Shown one piece after another: positions 48,370 through 58,950 of a DNA stretch of 64,000 nucleotides (position 1 is its first letter; the number at the start of each line of letters is the position of its first letter). Source of the stretch: Bacteroidales bacterium. GTDB lineage: Bacteria; Bacteroidota; Bacteroidia; Bacteroidales; GCA-2748055. A program made the position numbers and the translations under genes. The stretch is from positions 4,641-68,640 of the forward strand of contig DAOVIO010000004.1 in the NCBI GenBank assembly GCA_030673645.1. The letters run 5' to 3'. Below the pieces are notes generated by a model. It ran no database searches. It was not told the origin of the DNA and saw nothing but the letters and a program-made list of their open reading frames with translations.

Positions 48370-48699
48370 ATGAATGTAGAAAATTCAAAAGCACAGATGC
48401 GAAAAGGCGTCCTTGAATATTGCATACTTCTAATGCTATCAAGAAAGGACGCTTACGCCTCAGACATTATTAATCAGCTGAAAGATGCGAAGTTGATAGT
48501 TGTAGAAGGAACATTATACCCTCTTTTAACCCGGCAGAAAAATGCAGGTTTGCTGACATATCGCTGGGAAGAATCGACCCAGGGTCCGCCACGTAAGTAT
48601 TACACAATTACAGAAATTGGAAAAAGCTATATTAAAGAGCTTGATAAATCCTGGCTCGAACTGGTAAAATCCATTGGGTCAATTAGAAAAAGTAAATAA
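48370..48699 (+). CDS. PadR-family regulator
   Basis: QMRKGVLEYCIL, EGTLYPLL.R, W.ES..GPPRKYY. Confidence 0.95.
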   Translation: MNVENSKAQMRKGVLEYCILLMLSRKDAYASDIINQLKDAKLIVVEGTLYPLLTRQKNAGLLTYRWEESTQGPPRKYYTITEIGKSYIKELDKSWLELVKSIGSIRKSK

Positions 48700-48714
48700 T
48701 TAAAAAAAGATAAA

Positions 48715-50283
48715 ATGAAACGAGCACTTAAAATAAATTTAAACGGGCAGATTTTTCATATTGATGAGGACGCCTATGAGAAGCTTAAAAATTATCTGGA
48801 CACGATAAGTAGTCATTTTTCAAATGTTGAAGAAAGCAAAGAAATTATTGACGATATTGAGTCCAGGATAGCTGAGCTTCTTGAAGAAAAATTAAAAGAC
48901 CAGTCCCAGGTCATTGGTCTCAAACAGGTAGAGGAGATAATTGAAATAATGGGCAAACCTGAAGAGATAGTCGATGATGAAACTACCGCTAATGAACAAA
49001 AGCAAAGTTTTAATTCTTCCGATGGAAAATACCGAAGACTTTATCGCGATCCCGACAATGCAGTATTTGGTGGTGTTGCAGCAGGTCTATCAGCCTATTT
49101 TGCCATAGACTTGCTGTTTGTCCGTATACTATTTGTAGTTCTGATCCTTGCTGGTTGGGGTCTCCCATTTATTCTGTACCTGGTATTATGGATTGCAGTA
49201 CCAAAGGCTTTGACAGCGGCAGAAAAACTGGAAATGAAAGGAGAGAAAGTTAATGTCTCAAATTTGGAGAAAAAAGTAAGAGAAGAATATGAAGATGTGA
49301 AGGAAAATTTCTCTAAAGCAAGAAACTCTAAAGCTGGGAGAAGAACAGAAGATGCTTTTCATGAAATATTCAGAATTTTGGGTGTGATTATCATCGGATT
49401 TTTCAAAATAATCCTAGCTATAATAGCTGTCTCATTTGTGATAGCAGGCATAAGCCTGATTGCATCTTTAATAGGATTGGCTTTCTTTGGTGCCGGAGCT
49501 ACAGGTTGGGGTCTGTTCCATGTATGGGATTCTGATGTCAGTCATTTTATTGTACCATTTATTAGTCCTGCGAATCTTTCATTTTTAGGAATGTCTGCAA
49601 TAATGATAATTCTAATTCCTCTTTTGGCTATAATTTATGGACTCTTCAAGGCATTGTTTCGCTTTAAAGCTAAAGACAAAGCACTAGGAGCAGGCGCGTT
49701 TGCTCTTTGGTTCCTGTCTCTGATTATACTCATTACTCTTGGTGTATTTGAAGCCAAGGAATATAGAGAAAGCGAGGATGTTGTAAACGAGATCAGCTTA
49801 AGTGACATTTCGGGCAACACTTTATTTCTGGCTATGAATAATTTTGATGAGGATTTGTTTGATGATAAAGAGAATTTCAGAATAGATGAATTTAATTACA
49901 TTATGGGCACTGATGAAAATATTTATGGTGAAGTGAATATTGATTTCAGAAAATCGAAAACCGATGATTTCAAAATGGAAATTGAAAAATCGTCGAGAGG
50001 TGAAGATTTTGAAGAAGCATTAAGATTCGCTGAAAACATCAATTATCGTTTTACAAGGTCAGACAGTATGCTTTATATAGATCCATATTTCCATTCACAA
50101 TATGAAAATAAATGGAGATTCCAGACTGTTGAAATTAACATCTTTGTACCCGAGGGAAAATCTATTCAATTCGATAAAGAAGTTGCAGATTATGTAGACT
50201 ATATCCGAAATGAAAACAACTACTCTCCATGGAAAATGGCAGATAAAACCTGGACAATGACAGACGGAAAGTTTAGAAGATAG
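48715..50283 (+). CDS. PspC-domain membrane protein
   Basis: IDEDAY..L..YL, DIESRIAEL, RRLYRDPD...GGVAAGL..YF, LY..LWI..P. Confidence 0.9.
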   Translation: MKRALKINLNGQIFHIDEDAYEKLKNYLDTISSHFSNVEESKEIIDDIESRIAELLEEKLKDQSQVIGLKQVEEIIEIMGKPEEIVDDETTANEQKQSFNSSDGKYRRLYRDPDNAVFGGVAAGLSAYFAIDLLFVRILFVVLILAGWGLPFILYLVLWIAVPKALTAAEKLEMKGEKVNVSNLEKKVREEYEDVKENFSKARNSKAGRRTEDAFHEIFRILGVIIIGFFKIILAIIAVSFVIAGISLIASLIGLAFFGAGATGWGLFHVWDSDVSHFIVPFISPANLSFLGMSAIMIILIPLLAIIYGLFKALFRFKAKDKALGAGAFALWFLSLIILITLGVFEAKEYRESEDVVNEISLSDISGNTLFLAMNNFDEDLFDDKENFRIDEFNYIMGTDENIYGEVNIDFRKSKTDDFKMEIEKSSRGEDFEEALRFAENINYRFTRSDSMLYIDPYFHSQYENKWRFQTVEINIFVPEGKSIQFDKEVADYVDYIRNENNYSPWKMADKTWTMTDGKFRR

Positions 50284-50332
50284 GATAAATTCCTAATAAA
50301 TGGAATAAAATCTAATTTTTAATAAATATTCA

Positions 50333-50365
50333 AAAAGAAGGTATCGTTTTAGACACCTTTTTTTT
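50333..50365. terminator. Probable bidirectional terminator
   Basis: aaaagaaggtatc...gacaccttttttttg between convergent genes. Confidence 0.55.
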
Positions 50366-50378
50366 GCTTTATTGATAT

Positions 50379-51026
50379 TTAAAACAAAATACCAAGACTT
50401 AATAAATGCATATTCGCCCGTGAGTCGAAAGCATAATCATTTGCTCCAATGGTAAGTTTATCTCCCCATTTACTCAGGCCGCCTTCATAGCGGTAATCGA
50501 GAGCAAGAAATTTCAAAATATCTATTCCAACACCCGCCTGATATCCAATTGTGGCCGCTTTGGAAAGAGACTCCATTTCAGGAATGACTTCTTCTATCTC
50601 ATTTTTTTCCGAAAGTACAACAGAGGCAACCGGACCAGCATTAATTCTCAATGGACCCATTTTAAAACCAAGTAGAACCGGAATGTCAATTTTGCTAAAT
50701 TTTACCTGCTTAACATATTCAATACTTGCTCCCGAAGCTTGAACTTCCTCAATCAGTACATTTCCACCAGATGTAGTGAAATACAACTCAGGCTGAATAT
50801 ACATATTGAAAATATTCAAGCGGGTCATCAATCCAAAATGAAAACTCTGAAAAGCATCGTCTTCCATTAATTTATAATCAAGAGTGTTAGCAGTAATATT
50901 CGAAATTTCATCAAATTTTAATTTTGAATAATTCACTCCGCCCTTTATTCCATAGCTTAAAAATTGAGCCGACGCAATCCCAATGCTAAAAAAGGTAACT
51001 CCTATCAATAATAATATCCTCTTCAT
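50379..51026 (-). CDS. Porin-family outer-membrane beta-barrel protein
   Basis: Signal peptide; YGIKGGVNYS, YIQPELYF, IDIPVLLG, terminal LSLGILF. Confidence 0.85.
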   Translation of the reverse strand: MKRILLLIGVTFFSIGIASAQFLSYGIKGGVNYSKLKFDEISNITANTLDYKLMEDDAFQSFHFGLMTRLNIFNMYIQPELYFTTSGGNVLIEEVQASGASIEYVKQVKFSKIDIPVLLGFKMGPLRINAGPVASVVLSEKNEIEEVIPEMESLSKAATIGYQAGVGIDILKFLALDYRYEGGLSKWGDKLTIGANDYAFDSRANMHLLSLGILF

Positions 51027-51282
51027 AATTAATAAATTTTGTTCGTTGCTAAATTAACTAAAAACATGCCAAAAAAAATAGAAAAAATTCTAATGTTAGA
51101 AAAATATATAAATTCCATTAATAATTGACTTGAGAATTGTCTCTTAATAATATGATGAATTTATTTTTTGAGGTTAAAAAAATGTGTGTGTTTAGGAAAA
51201 CCCTTAAAGTATAGTAGGATTTTTTAAACGAGAAGATATCAGGGTAATAGTGTTCAAGGAGTGTTTCTGATAAAATTATATC

Positions 51283-51316
51283 TTAAACCTCCGAGGTTTA
51301 TAGACCTCGGAGGTCT
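51283..51316. repeat. ACCTCGGAGGT doublet REP (copy 2)
   Basis: taaacctccgaggtttatagacctcggaggtcta followed by aaataaaaa, matching the flank of copy 1 in inverted orientation. Confidence 0.75.
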
Positions 51317-51461
51317 AAAATAAAAATTTATTCTATATATCCAATTCCTAAATAATTTTTTTAAACACATCCAAATAACCACCTAAAACAACCAATCCCT
51401 ATTACTAAATTACTTAATATTATCTCCTCTATTTTACTATCTTTGGGAAAATTTTCTAATA

Positions 51462-52751
51462 ATGAATTTCGTTGAAGAATTAAAGTGGAGAGGCATGCTG
51501 CACGATATCATGCCCGGAACGGAGGAGCTGCTTAAAAAAGAAATGGCAACGGCTTATGTTGGAATTGATCCGACGGCCGATTCTTTACATATAGGTCACC
51601 TGGTAGGAATTATGATGCTTAAGCATTTTCAGGTAGCCGGACATAAACCTCTGGCTCTGGTAGGTGGAGCAACCGGAATGATAGGTGATCCTTCCGGAAA
51701 ATCGCAAGAAAGAAATCTTCTGGACGAAAAAACCTTGCGCCATAATCAGGATTGTCTCAGAGATCAGATTGCTCTTTTTCTCAACTTCGACTCCGAGGCT
51801 CCTAATGCGGCAGAGATGGTGAATAACTATGACTGGATGAAGGATTTTGGCTTTCTAGATTTCATTCGTGAAATCGGTAAGCATATCACAGTAAATTACA
51901 TGATGGCAAAAGATTCTGTTAAAAAGCGCTTGTCAGCAGAATCAAAATTTGGAATGTCATTTACAGAATTCACATACCAGCTTGTACAGGGTTACGACTT
52001 TCTTCATCTTTACCGTGAGAAAAGCTGCAAATTACAAATGGGAGGCTCTGATCAGTGGGGAAATATAGTTACCGGTACTGAACTAATCCGTAGAATTGGT
52101 GGAGGAGAAGCATTTGCTCTTACTTGTCCTTTAATTACTAAAGCGGATGGCGGTAAATTTGGGAAAACCGAAGAAGGCAATGTCTGGCTTGATCCAAAAC
52201 GTACATCTCCTTATAAATTTTATCAATTTTGGTTAAATGTTTCAGATGAAGATGCTGAAAAATATATCAAAATTTTTACCCTTCTTGGAAAAGAAAAAAT
52301 AGAAATTCTCGTTAATGAACATGAAGAAGCACCACATATGAGAATACTTCAGAAGAAACTGGCATTGGAAGTGACCACAATGGTTCATGGTGAAGAAGAA
52401 TACAAATCGGCTGTTGAAGCTTCGGAAATTTTATTTGGTAAAGCAACTACCGAAAGTCTGAATAAAATTCGCGAAGATGTTTTTCTGTCTGTTTTTGAAG
52501 GTGTCCCACGGTTTGAAGCCGGCAACAATAATCCGGATTCTAATGTTCTCGATTTTATGGTAGATGAAACTGGTGTTTTTTCATCAAAAGGAGAATTACG
52601 AAGACTAATTAAGGGCGGTGGATTAAGCATTAATAAAGAAAAAGTTAGTAATGAAAATGTAATCATCACAAAAGACCACTTTATTAACGGAAAATATATT
52701 ATCGTTCAAAAAGGCAAAAAGAATTACTACCTCATAAATATTAAACAATAA
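51462..52751 (+). CDS. tyrS: Tyrosine--tRNA ligase
   Basis: [29 protein letters not shown]-terminal S4 domain. Confidence 0.98.
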   Translation: MNFVEELKWRGMLHDIMPGTEELLKKEMATAYVGIDPTADSLHIGHLVGIMMLKHFQVAGHKPLALVGGATGMIGDPSGKSQERNLLDEKTLRHNQDCLRDQIALFLNFDSEAPNAAEMVNNYDWMKDFGFLDFIREIGKHITVNYMMAKDSVKKRLSAESKFGMSFTEFTYQLVQGYDFLHLYREKSCKLQMGGSDQWGNIVTGTELIRRIGGGEAFALTCPLITKADGGKFGKTEEGNVWLDPKRTSPYKFYQFWLNVSDEDAEKYIKIFTLLGKEKIEILVNEHEEAPHMRILQKKLALEVTTMVHGEEEYKSAVEASEILFGKATTESLNKIREDVFLSVFEGVPRFEAGNNNPDSNVLDFMVDETGVFSSKGELRRLIKGGGLSINKEKVSNENVIITKDHFINGKYIIVQKGKKNYYLINIKQ

Positions 52752-52762
52752 AAACATCTGTT

Positions 52763-53785
52763 ATGTCCAGAGACAATCAATCAAACTACGATTACGATTT
52801 CAGCTCTACTGATTTTCTGATTTATATGTGGAATAAACGGGTTCCCTTGCTTATTATCACATTTTTGGCCGGAGTTGCATCAATTCTAATCTCTTTTTCA
52901 ATTACGCCAAAATTCAGATCGACTGTTGTTATGTTTCCAACAACAAGCGCCTCGATTGCAAAAAACCTACTTGCAGATAATTATGGTGGGAGATCGTCCA
53001 TGTATGAAATAGGAGAAGAAGAACAGTCTGAGCAACTTATGCAAATTCTTAATTCAGAAGGAATCCGTAATCGTATTATTGAAAAATACAATTTGATGGA
53101 TCATTATGAGATTGAGGGTAATTCTAAATTCCCAATGACTCAATTATATGCAGAATTTAGCTCAAACATCAATTTTGAGCTAACTCAGTATTTATCAGTA
53201 GTTATCGATGTTCTTGATACCGATCCGCAAATGGCGGCAGATATCGCCAATGACATTGCAGCCCTTGTCGATACCGTTTACAACAGAATGTTAAAACAAA
53301 GAGCTATTGACGCTTTCTACCTTGTTGATAAAGAATATAATTCAATGATTACGAATATGGATATACTTCAAGATTCCATTAATAAAATTCGTTTTCTCGG
53401 CATTAACGATTATGAAACACAGTCAGAACGCTACTACGAAGGTCTCTCAAGAGCTATTAATGAAGGAAATTATAATGCACAGAAAATTTTTGAAGATAAA
53501 CTAAAAGTTCTTTCCAAACATGGAGGTAGCTATGTAGTAATTCGGGATCATCTTCTGCATGAAACAGAGAGATTGAGTAGAATGAAACAAAGATATCAGG
53601 AAGCAGAGCTCGAGGCATCTCAAAATCTTCAGCATATTTTTATTGTCGACAGCGCCTTTAAAGCCGAAAAGAAAGCTTATCCAAAAAAATCTATCATAGT
53701 TATCATTTCAACTTTGGCTGCATTTTTACTCACTTTGATTACATTAATAGTAGTTGAAAATATCAGGAAAAAAGTTACTGCCTGA
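52763..53785 (+). CDS. Wzz-like polysaccharide chain-length determinant
   Basis: Two terminal TMs; P.F.ST; DP..AA.IAN; coiled coil; VD.A..AEKK.YP. Confidence 0.8.
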   Translation: MSRDNQSNYDYDFSSTDFLIYMWNKRVPLLIITFLAGVASILISFSITPKFRSTVVMFPTTSASIAKNLLADNYGGRSSMYEIGEEEQSEQLMQILNSEGIRNRIIEKYNLMDHYEIEGNSKFPMTQLYAEFSSNINFELTQYLSVVIDVLDTDPQMAADIANDIAALVDTVYNRMLKQRAIDAFYLVDKEYNSMITNMDILQDSINKIRFLGINDYETQSERYYEGLSRAINEGNYNAQKIFEDKLKVLSKHGGSYVVIRDHLLHETERLSRMKQRYQEAELEASQNLQHIFIVDSAFKAEKKAYPKKSIIVIISTLAAFLLTLITLIVVENIRKKVTA

Positions 53786-55254
53786 TGCGGGTTTTCAAAA
53801 CAGAAAATAAAGATAGCTACCTGATCTTTATTATCGGGTTGACCTTTGTAATTTTGAATAGCATTCTTCTTTACTACGAAGTATTCTATCTTCCTCTTTT
53901 GCCTATTCTTTTAGCGGTAACCTGGTTGTTTTTTACTTCTCTTGAAAAAGGACTTTTACTCATTGTTTTTTTCGTGCCGTTTTCCATTCCATTATCAAAA
54001 ATAGTTCCCGGTCTTCCAATAGATATGTTCCTTCCTACAGAGCCCTTGCTTGCTGCCATTATGCTTTTGTACTTTCTTAAATACATAAAGGGTAGCCGGA
54101 TTGACATTAAAATTTTAAGACATCCGGTAAGCCTGGCTATCTATTTTAACCTGGCTTGGATCTTTATCACGTCCATAACATCTACAATGCCATTGGTATC
54201 GGCAAAATTTTTGCTTGCCAGAATCTGGTTTATCATTGCATTTTATATTCTCGCCGCACAAATTTTTAAAAATCCACAAAGAATTCGTCAATACCTATGG
54301 GTATATATTATTCCCTTCAGCATAATAATCTTTTATGTTCTTATTCGACATTCTGCTTATGGCCTTAACAACCAGGTAGCTTCACACTGGGTTGTTAGAC
54401 CCTTTTATAATGATCATACTTCCTATGGTGCCATGCTGGCAATGCTCCTGCCGGTTTTAATTGCGCTGTTCATGAGTTATTTGAAAATGGATATTGGACA
54501 AAAAATTCTTTTCTTTTTGTTGATAGGATTATTTGTCGCGGCAACTTTATTTTCTTATACCAGGGCTGCATGGGTTAGTTTGGTGGCCGTTTTTGGCCTG
54601 TGGGTCATTATAAAACTTCGGATTAAACTTCAATTTCTAATTCTGGCAGGAATTATCTTTGGAGCAATTCTTTTTAGCGCCTGGCCAAGATTAATGGTGC
54701 AAATGGAACAAAACAATCAAACTTCTTCAGGAGAATTGACCGAGCATATTCAATCAATCTCAAACATAAGAAACGATGCCTCTAATCTTGAGCGTCTTAA
54801 TCGATGGAACAGTGCCATCAGAATGTTTAAGGAGAAACCCGTATTTGGCTGGGGACCGGGGACTTACCAATTTAATTATGCTCCCTTTCAGGTTTCACAC
54901 GAAAAAACCAGCATTAGTACTAATACCGGAAGACGCGGCAATGCACATAGTGAATATCTCGGACCCTTAAGTGAATCTGGGGTTTTGGGAATGTTAAGTA
55001 TAATCATGATTGTAGCTATCAGTATATATACCGGATTAAAAGTTTACTTCAAGTCCAAAAGCCGGCAAATTAGAACCCTTTCACTCGGAATTCTTTTAGG
55101 ATTGGTAACTTACTTTATTCATGGTGTACTAAATAATTTTCTAGATACGGATAAAGCCTCAGCTCTTGTCTGGGGATATATTGCCATCCTTGTAGCAATA
55201 GATCTGTATCATAAAAATTCTGAGGGAGTGATTGGGGCAGACCATAAACCATAG
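53785..55254 (+). CDS. O-antigen ligase/polymerase-family membrane protein
   Basis: Multi-TM; SYTRAAW; ER..RW..A..MF...P.FGWGPG; AHSEYL..L.E.G..G. Confidence 0.85.
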   Translation: MRVFKTENKDSYLIFIIGLTFVILNSILLYYEVFYLPLLPILLAVTWLFFTSLEKGLLLIVFFVPFSIPLSKIVPGLPIDMFLPTEPLLAAIMLLYFLKYIKGSRIDIKILRHPVSLAIYFNLAWIFITSITSTMPLVSAKFLLARIWFIIAFYILAAQIFKNPQRIRQYLWVYIIPFSIIIFYVLIRHSAYGLNNQVASHWVVRPFYNDHTSYGAMLAMLLPVLIALFMSYLKMDIGQKILFFLLIGLFVAATLFSYTRAAWVSLVAVFGLWVIIKLRIKLQFLILAGIIFGAILFSAWPRLMVQMEQNNQTSSGELTEHIQSISNIRNDASNLERLNRWNSAIRMFKEKPVFGWGPGTYQFNYAPFQVSHEKTSISTNTGRRGNAHSEYLGPLSESGVLGMLSIIMIVAISIYTGLKVYFKSKSRQIRTLSLGILLGLVTYFIHGVLNNFLDTDKASALVWGYIAILVAIDLYHKNSEGVIGADHKP

Positions 55255-55608
55255 ACCATGGAGGCTCTGTTGTATATTAATGGGAGTGCCCAAACTATTG
55301 TTAATGTGGCATTTAAAAGGTGACGTAGGTTACTTGTTGCAGTGATTACTCTTACCTGGATCAGACACCAGCATCCTGCAACTTCAATTAACTCAATTAC
55401 TTTGCAACATTGCATCAGTTGTCTACCGTCTATTATCTATTGTCATTAACTATCTTCAATCCCTCAAAAACAATCTCTACTCTAATTCCCATTCCTTATT
55501 TTTTTTATATCTTTAACTGATTATTGTAGAATTTTATGTCATTTATAATTTGACATAAGTTCTTTATTTGTAATTAATTTCATTTGAACAACCCATAAAA
55601 TCAATATA

Positions 55609-57066
55609 ATGGCCGGTTTAAAATTCGCATTAGGAATGATTCCTAACACTGCAAAAATTGAAGGTGCTGATGACTATATTCGTAAAGAATTCTCTGATTA
55701 TATTGAATATGAAAAATCAGATGATCTGCAGCATTTTACTGAATTGGAAAATGAAGTTACTTCAGCTGAATTTTTATCAGAGAAAAAGGGAATTCTTACA
55801 TTGAAATTCAAGACCTCTGAAGAATATAACAAAGAGAAAGAATTTCAGGCTATTAAAAAATCTAAGCCTATCAAAAATTATTTTAAAATTAAAGAGTCCA
55901 GGCAGCTAAGTAATTTTAATAATTTTAAAACTTCTGAGAGTCTGAAAACATACTTTGAGTTGGAAAAGTTTGTAAATTCAGAAGAACTAGCAAAGATAAA
56001 AACGGAACTTTCATCGAAAGAATTTAAGGCTTCTGAAGAAGCTACAAAAGAAAAAAAGTATTTTAAGGCTAAGAAAAATTCTCAATTCAAAAATCATTTT
56101 AAATTTGAAAATTCTCCAGTTTATAAGGAATATCTACGTGTAAAAGATTCCGATGAGTTGAGGAAATTTAATGAACTAAAAGAATATTTAAATTCTGAGG
56201 AATTTCTCAAACAAAAGGAATATTTGATGCTTCCGGGCAAAAAGAAATATGGATTGTCTAAAGAATTTAAAAGGGAAACTGAATATTTTGATCTGAAAAA
56301 ATCTGAAAAAGTTCTTTGGCATAAGAAAATTAAAAAGAAATATCCTTTTACTGAAATTGAAGAATGGGATCTAGCTTTCGAAGAAAAGTTTGAAACAGAT
56401 AAACTTGAATCCAATAAATGGATGAATCGTTATATGAATGGTGATAAATTACTGAATAAACCCTATGTTTTAAATGACGATATTCATGCGTTTACAGACG
56501 GAAAAAATATTGAAGTTTCCTCAGGAAAATTAAATATTGTGACAAGAAAAGAAGATGGTTGCGCACTTTCCTGGAGTCCGCAATTTGGCTTCACCGAAGA
56601 AGAATTTGAATTCACTTCCGATATGATTTCAACTGCAAAAAGCTTTAATCAGAAGGAAGGAATATTCAAGGCAAAAGTTAAATTTGGTAATAGTGGGGTC
56701 ACACAAGCCTTTTCTCTTATGACCGATCAGATATTGCCTCACATAGATGTGGTTAAGTTTGAAAAGAAAAAACTCTTTGCAGGCAATTTTTGGAAGAATG
56801 GAGGGAGGACTGGATTTTCGAAATCGATTGGTAAAACAGGAGGCAGCCGATACAAAAAAGATTTTCATATATACAGCCTTGAATGGACAGAAGGAAAAAT
56901 GGTCTGGAAAATAAACGATCTCATTTTCAAAATTCAGACCCAAGGATTGCCCGAATCTAAAATGCACCTTTGTTTAAATGCCAGCCTGAAAAAAACAGCA
57001 AAAAACATGAACTTTCCATCAACTATGGAAATTGACTGGGTAAGGGTTTACAAAAAAAGGATATAA
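55609..57066 (+). CDS. Lys/Glu-rich helical N-terminus fused to a GH16-like domain
   Basis: W.L.FEEKF, N.EVS.GKL.I, FHIYSLEWT...M.WKI, MEIDWVRVY. Confidence 0.7.
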   Translation: MAGLKFALGMIPNTAKIEGADDYIRKEFSDYIEYEKSDDLQHFTELENEVTSAEFLSEKKGILTLKFKTSEEYNKEKEFQAIKKSKPIKNYFKIKESRQLSNFNNFKTSESLKTYFELEKFVNSEELAKIKTELSSKEFKASEEATKEKKYFKAKKNSQFKNHFKFENSPVYKEYLRVKDSDELRKFNELKEYLNSEEFLKQKEYLMLPGKKKYGLSKEFKRETEYFDLKKSEKVLWHKKIKKKYPFTEIEEWDLAFEEKFETDKLESNKWMNRYMNGDKLLNKPYVLNDDIHAFTDGKNIEVSSGKLNIVTRKEDGCALSWSPQFGFTEEEFEFTSDMISTAKSFNQKEGIFKAKVKFGNSGVTQAFSLMTDQILPHIDVVKFEKKKLFAGNFWKNGGRTGFSKSIGKTGGSRYKKDFHIYSLEWTEGKMVWKINDLIFKIQTQGLPESKMHLCLNASLKKTAKNMNFPSTMEIDWVRVYKKRI

Positions 57067-57214
57067 TTATAAAGAATCCTTTTGCTGATTTTTTAGTTTT
57101 ATAAAGTTCCATAATTATAGCTTTTATGGTTTTATTATTAGCCAATTGGATTACTTAATAAGATTTCTTAATTTTATTCAATGAACCTCATCTTAAATTC
57201 TCAAACAGAAAGTA

Positions 57215-58087
57215 ATGAGTAAAAAAGATGGTAAAATAACAGTTAAACATTATCTGAATAAAAGGGCAAAATCTAAATCCATAAACGGAGAGAGTTTTTA
57301 CCCCCTTTATCTTCAACTTATTGTTTCTGGTCATAAAGCTCAGCTAAAAAGTAAGGTTCAGAGCGCATTAATTTCTTATAAGGGATATACAGATAAGTTC
57401 CTAATCAACCCGGCAATCAGTAATTTAGTGTCTGTAGGCTATTTCTCTGAAAATTTGTTGGAGAGGATTGAAAATGAAAAAATCTTTCCCTTTTACCAGC
57501 TGCTTAATGATGAAATAAAAATACTTAGCTACATAATAAACTATGGGCAGCCGTTTACAAATAAATCATTTTCATTTGTAAATATTAGTTCGACTTATAT
57601 GTTGTATTTAAAAGATATTCAGCATGTTCTCGATGATTGTGTAAGAAAATATTACCTGAAAGAACTGAATGAAGTTTTTCTCAACTCTACAAAAAACAGG
57701 GAAAACAAAAAGATATTCAAAATCACGAGCTTCTTTATTCATTATATTAATTGGACTAATAATTTTTGTGAATACTACGAATCTACTTACGACGTATTGC
57801 CTTCAGAGATTAAATTTATTGAGAATTTTCTAACTAAAGAATTGAAACTCCAAATAAAAGCTGTTTTAGCTTTTCATTCCAGAGCAAATTTTCTTAAACG
57901 GTTTTTGGATAAAACACAAAAAGGATTATCCCCTAATGTAAATATTATCGACTGGAGAACAAGTGGTAAAGAATTTATAAATAAAGAGTTTACCGAAATT
58001 TTCGGAAATCAAAAAGCAAAGGAATTTATTAAAAGCATTGATCTTATTCTAACAAATGATATCTGTAATCCTTTAAATGTGGGGTAA
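57215..58087 (+). CDS. Hypothetical protein
   Basis: 290-aa ORF; N-terminal KITVKHYLNKR...YPLYLQLI. Confidence 0.6.
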   Translation: MSKKDGKITVKHYLNKRAKSKSINGESFYPLYLQLIVSGHKAQLKSKVQSALISYKGYTDKFLINPAISNLVSVGYFSENLLERIENEKIFPFYQLLNDEIKILSYIINYGQPFTNKSFSFVNISSTYMLYLKDIQHVLDDCVRKYYLKELNEVFLNSTKNRENKKIFKITSFFIHYINWTNNFCEYYESTYDVLPSEIKFIENFLTKELKLQIKAVLAFHSRANFLKRFLDKTQKGLSPNVNIIDWRTSGKEFINKEFTEIFGNQKAKEFIKSIDLILTNDICNPLNVG

Positions 58088-58163
58088 TTGTGTGTTGTAA
58101 TGCTAAAAACAGGAATATGAGTTTCAATCATCCTGCCTTCGTAGAAGGCAAATATTTCCTTAA

Positions 58164-58880
58164 TTACGATGTTGACCAATTTCTAAGCTCCTTAGCTAAC
58201 GATTTTGAATCACCAACATATTTGTTAAGTTCATTCCAAAACTTCAGACTATGATTATGATGAATGGTGTGGACAAGCTCATGTAATATTACATAATCAG
58301 ACAGATGTGTAGGTAGTCGCATGAGATGAAGATTCAGATTAATATTTTTTTTGGCAGAACAACTTCCCCAGCGCGATTTCAAATTTTTTACCTTTATTTC
58401 ATTTATTAAGAATCCGTACTTCGAAGCCATTTCCCGGGTGCGATTAACCAGGATAATTTTAGCCTCTTTTCTTAGGGTAGCAATAAGACTATCTGAAATG
58501 TATTTTTGAGATTTTTCTGAGTTTAGAGCTTCTTGTTCAGGTATAAATATTTCGCATAAACCAACGGTAAACTTTCTAAAATATCCTTGACGCTCCGTCC
58601 TTTGGATAAAAAATTCATGATGTTTAGTTGTTGGTAAATTTTCCTCTGTATAAATAGTTTTAGGCGGTTTCTTTTCTTCAATTTTAATTCGACATTTCTT
58701 AATCCAATCCATTCTTGAAATCAGAAATTTCTCCCCTTCTCTGAATGAAACAAAAAATGGAATATTAATTTTAACCTTCCCTTCTTGATTCACCCTGATA
58801 CTCATTCTCTTGCTGCCTTTTCTCTTTTTTATGACAACTTCACCAATTTCATTAAAAAAAAAACTTCTTTCTATAATCAT
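58164..58880 (-). CDS. YgjP/DUF45-like zinc metalloprotease
   Basis: KSRWGSCS, I.LN..L, DYVILHELVH..H.NHS..FW. Confidence 0.9.
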   Translation of the reverse strand: MIIERSFFFNEIGEVVIKKRKGSKRMSIRVNQEGKVKINIPFFVSFREGEKFLISRMDWIKKCRIKIEEKKPPKTIYTEENLPTTKHHEFFIQRTERQGYFRKFTVGLCEIFIPEQEALNSEKSQKYISDSLIATLRKEAKIILVNRTREMASKYGFLINEIKVKNLKSRWGSCSAKKNINLNLHLMRLPTHLSDYVILHELVHTIHHNHSLKFWNELNKYVGDSKSLAKELRNWSTS

Positions 58881-58950
58881 TCTTCAAATTCTCCTTCTTA
58901 AATCACTATATTTATCATTTCTTTGTAAAGAAACGTAAAAATCACACGAG

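Noticed and set aside
51030-51460. T-box riboswitch upstream of tyrS
   Set aside because: No T-box consensus (AAGGTGGTACC-like) or antiterminator was found; the only structure is a REP doublet.
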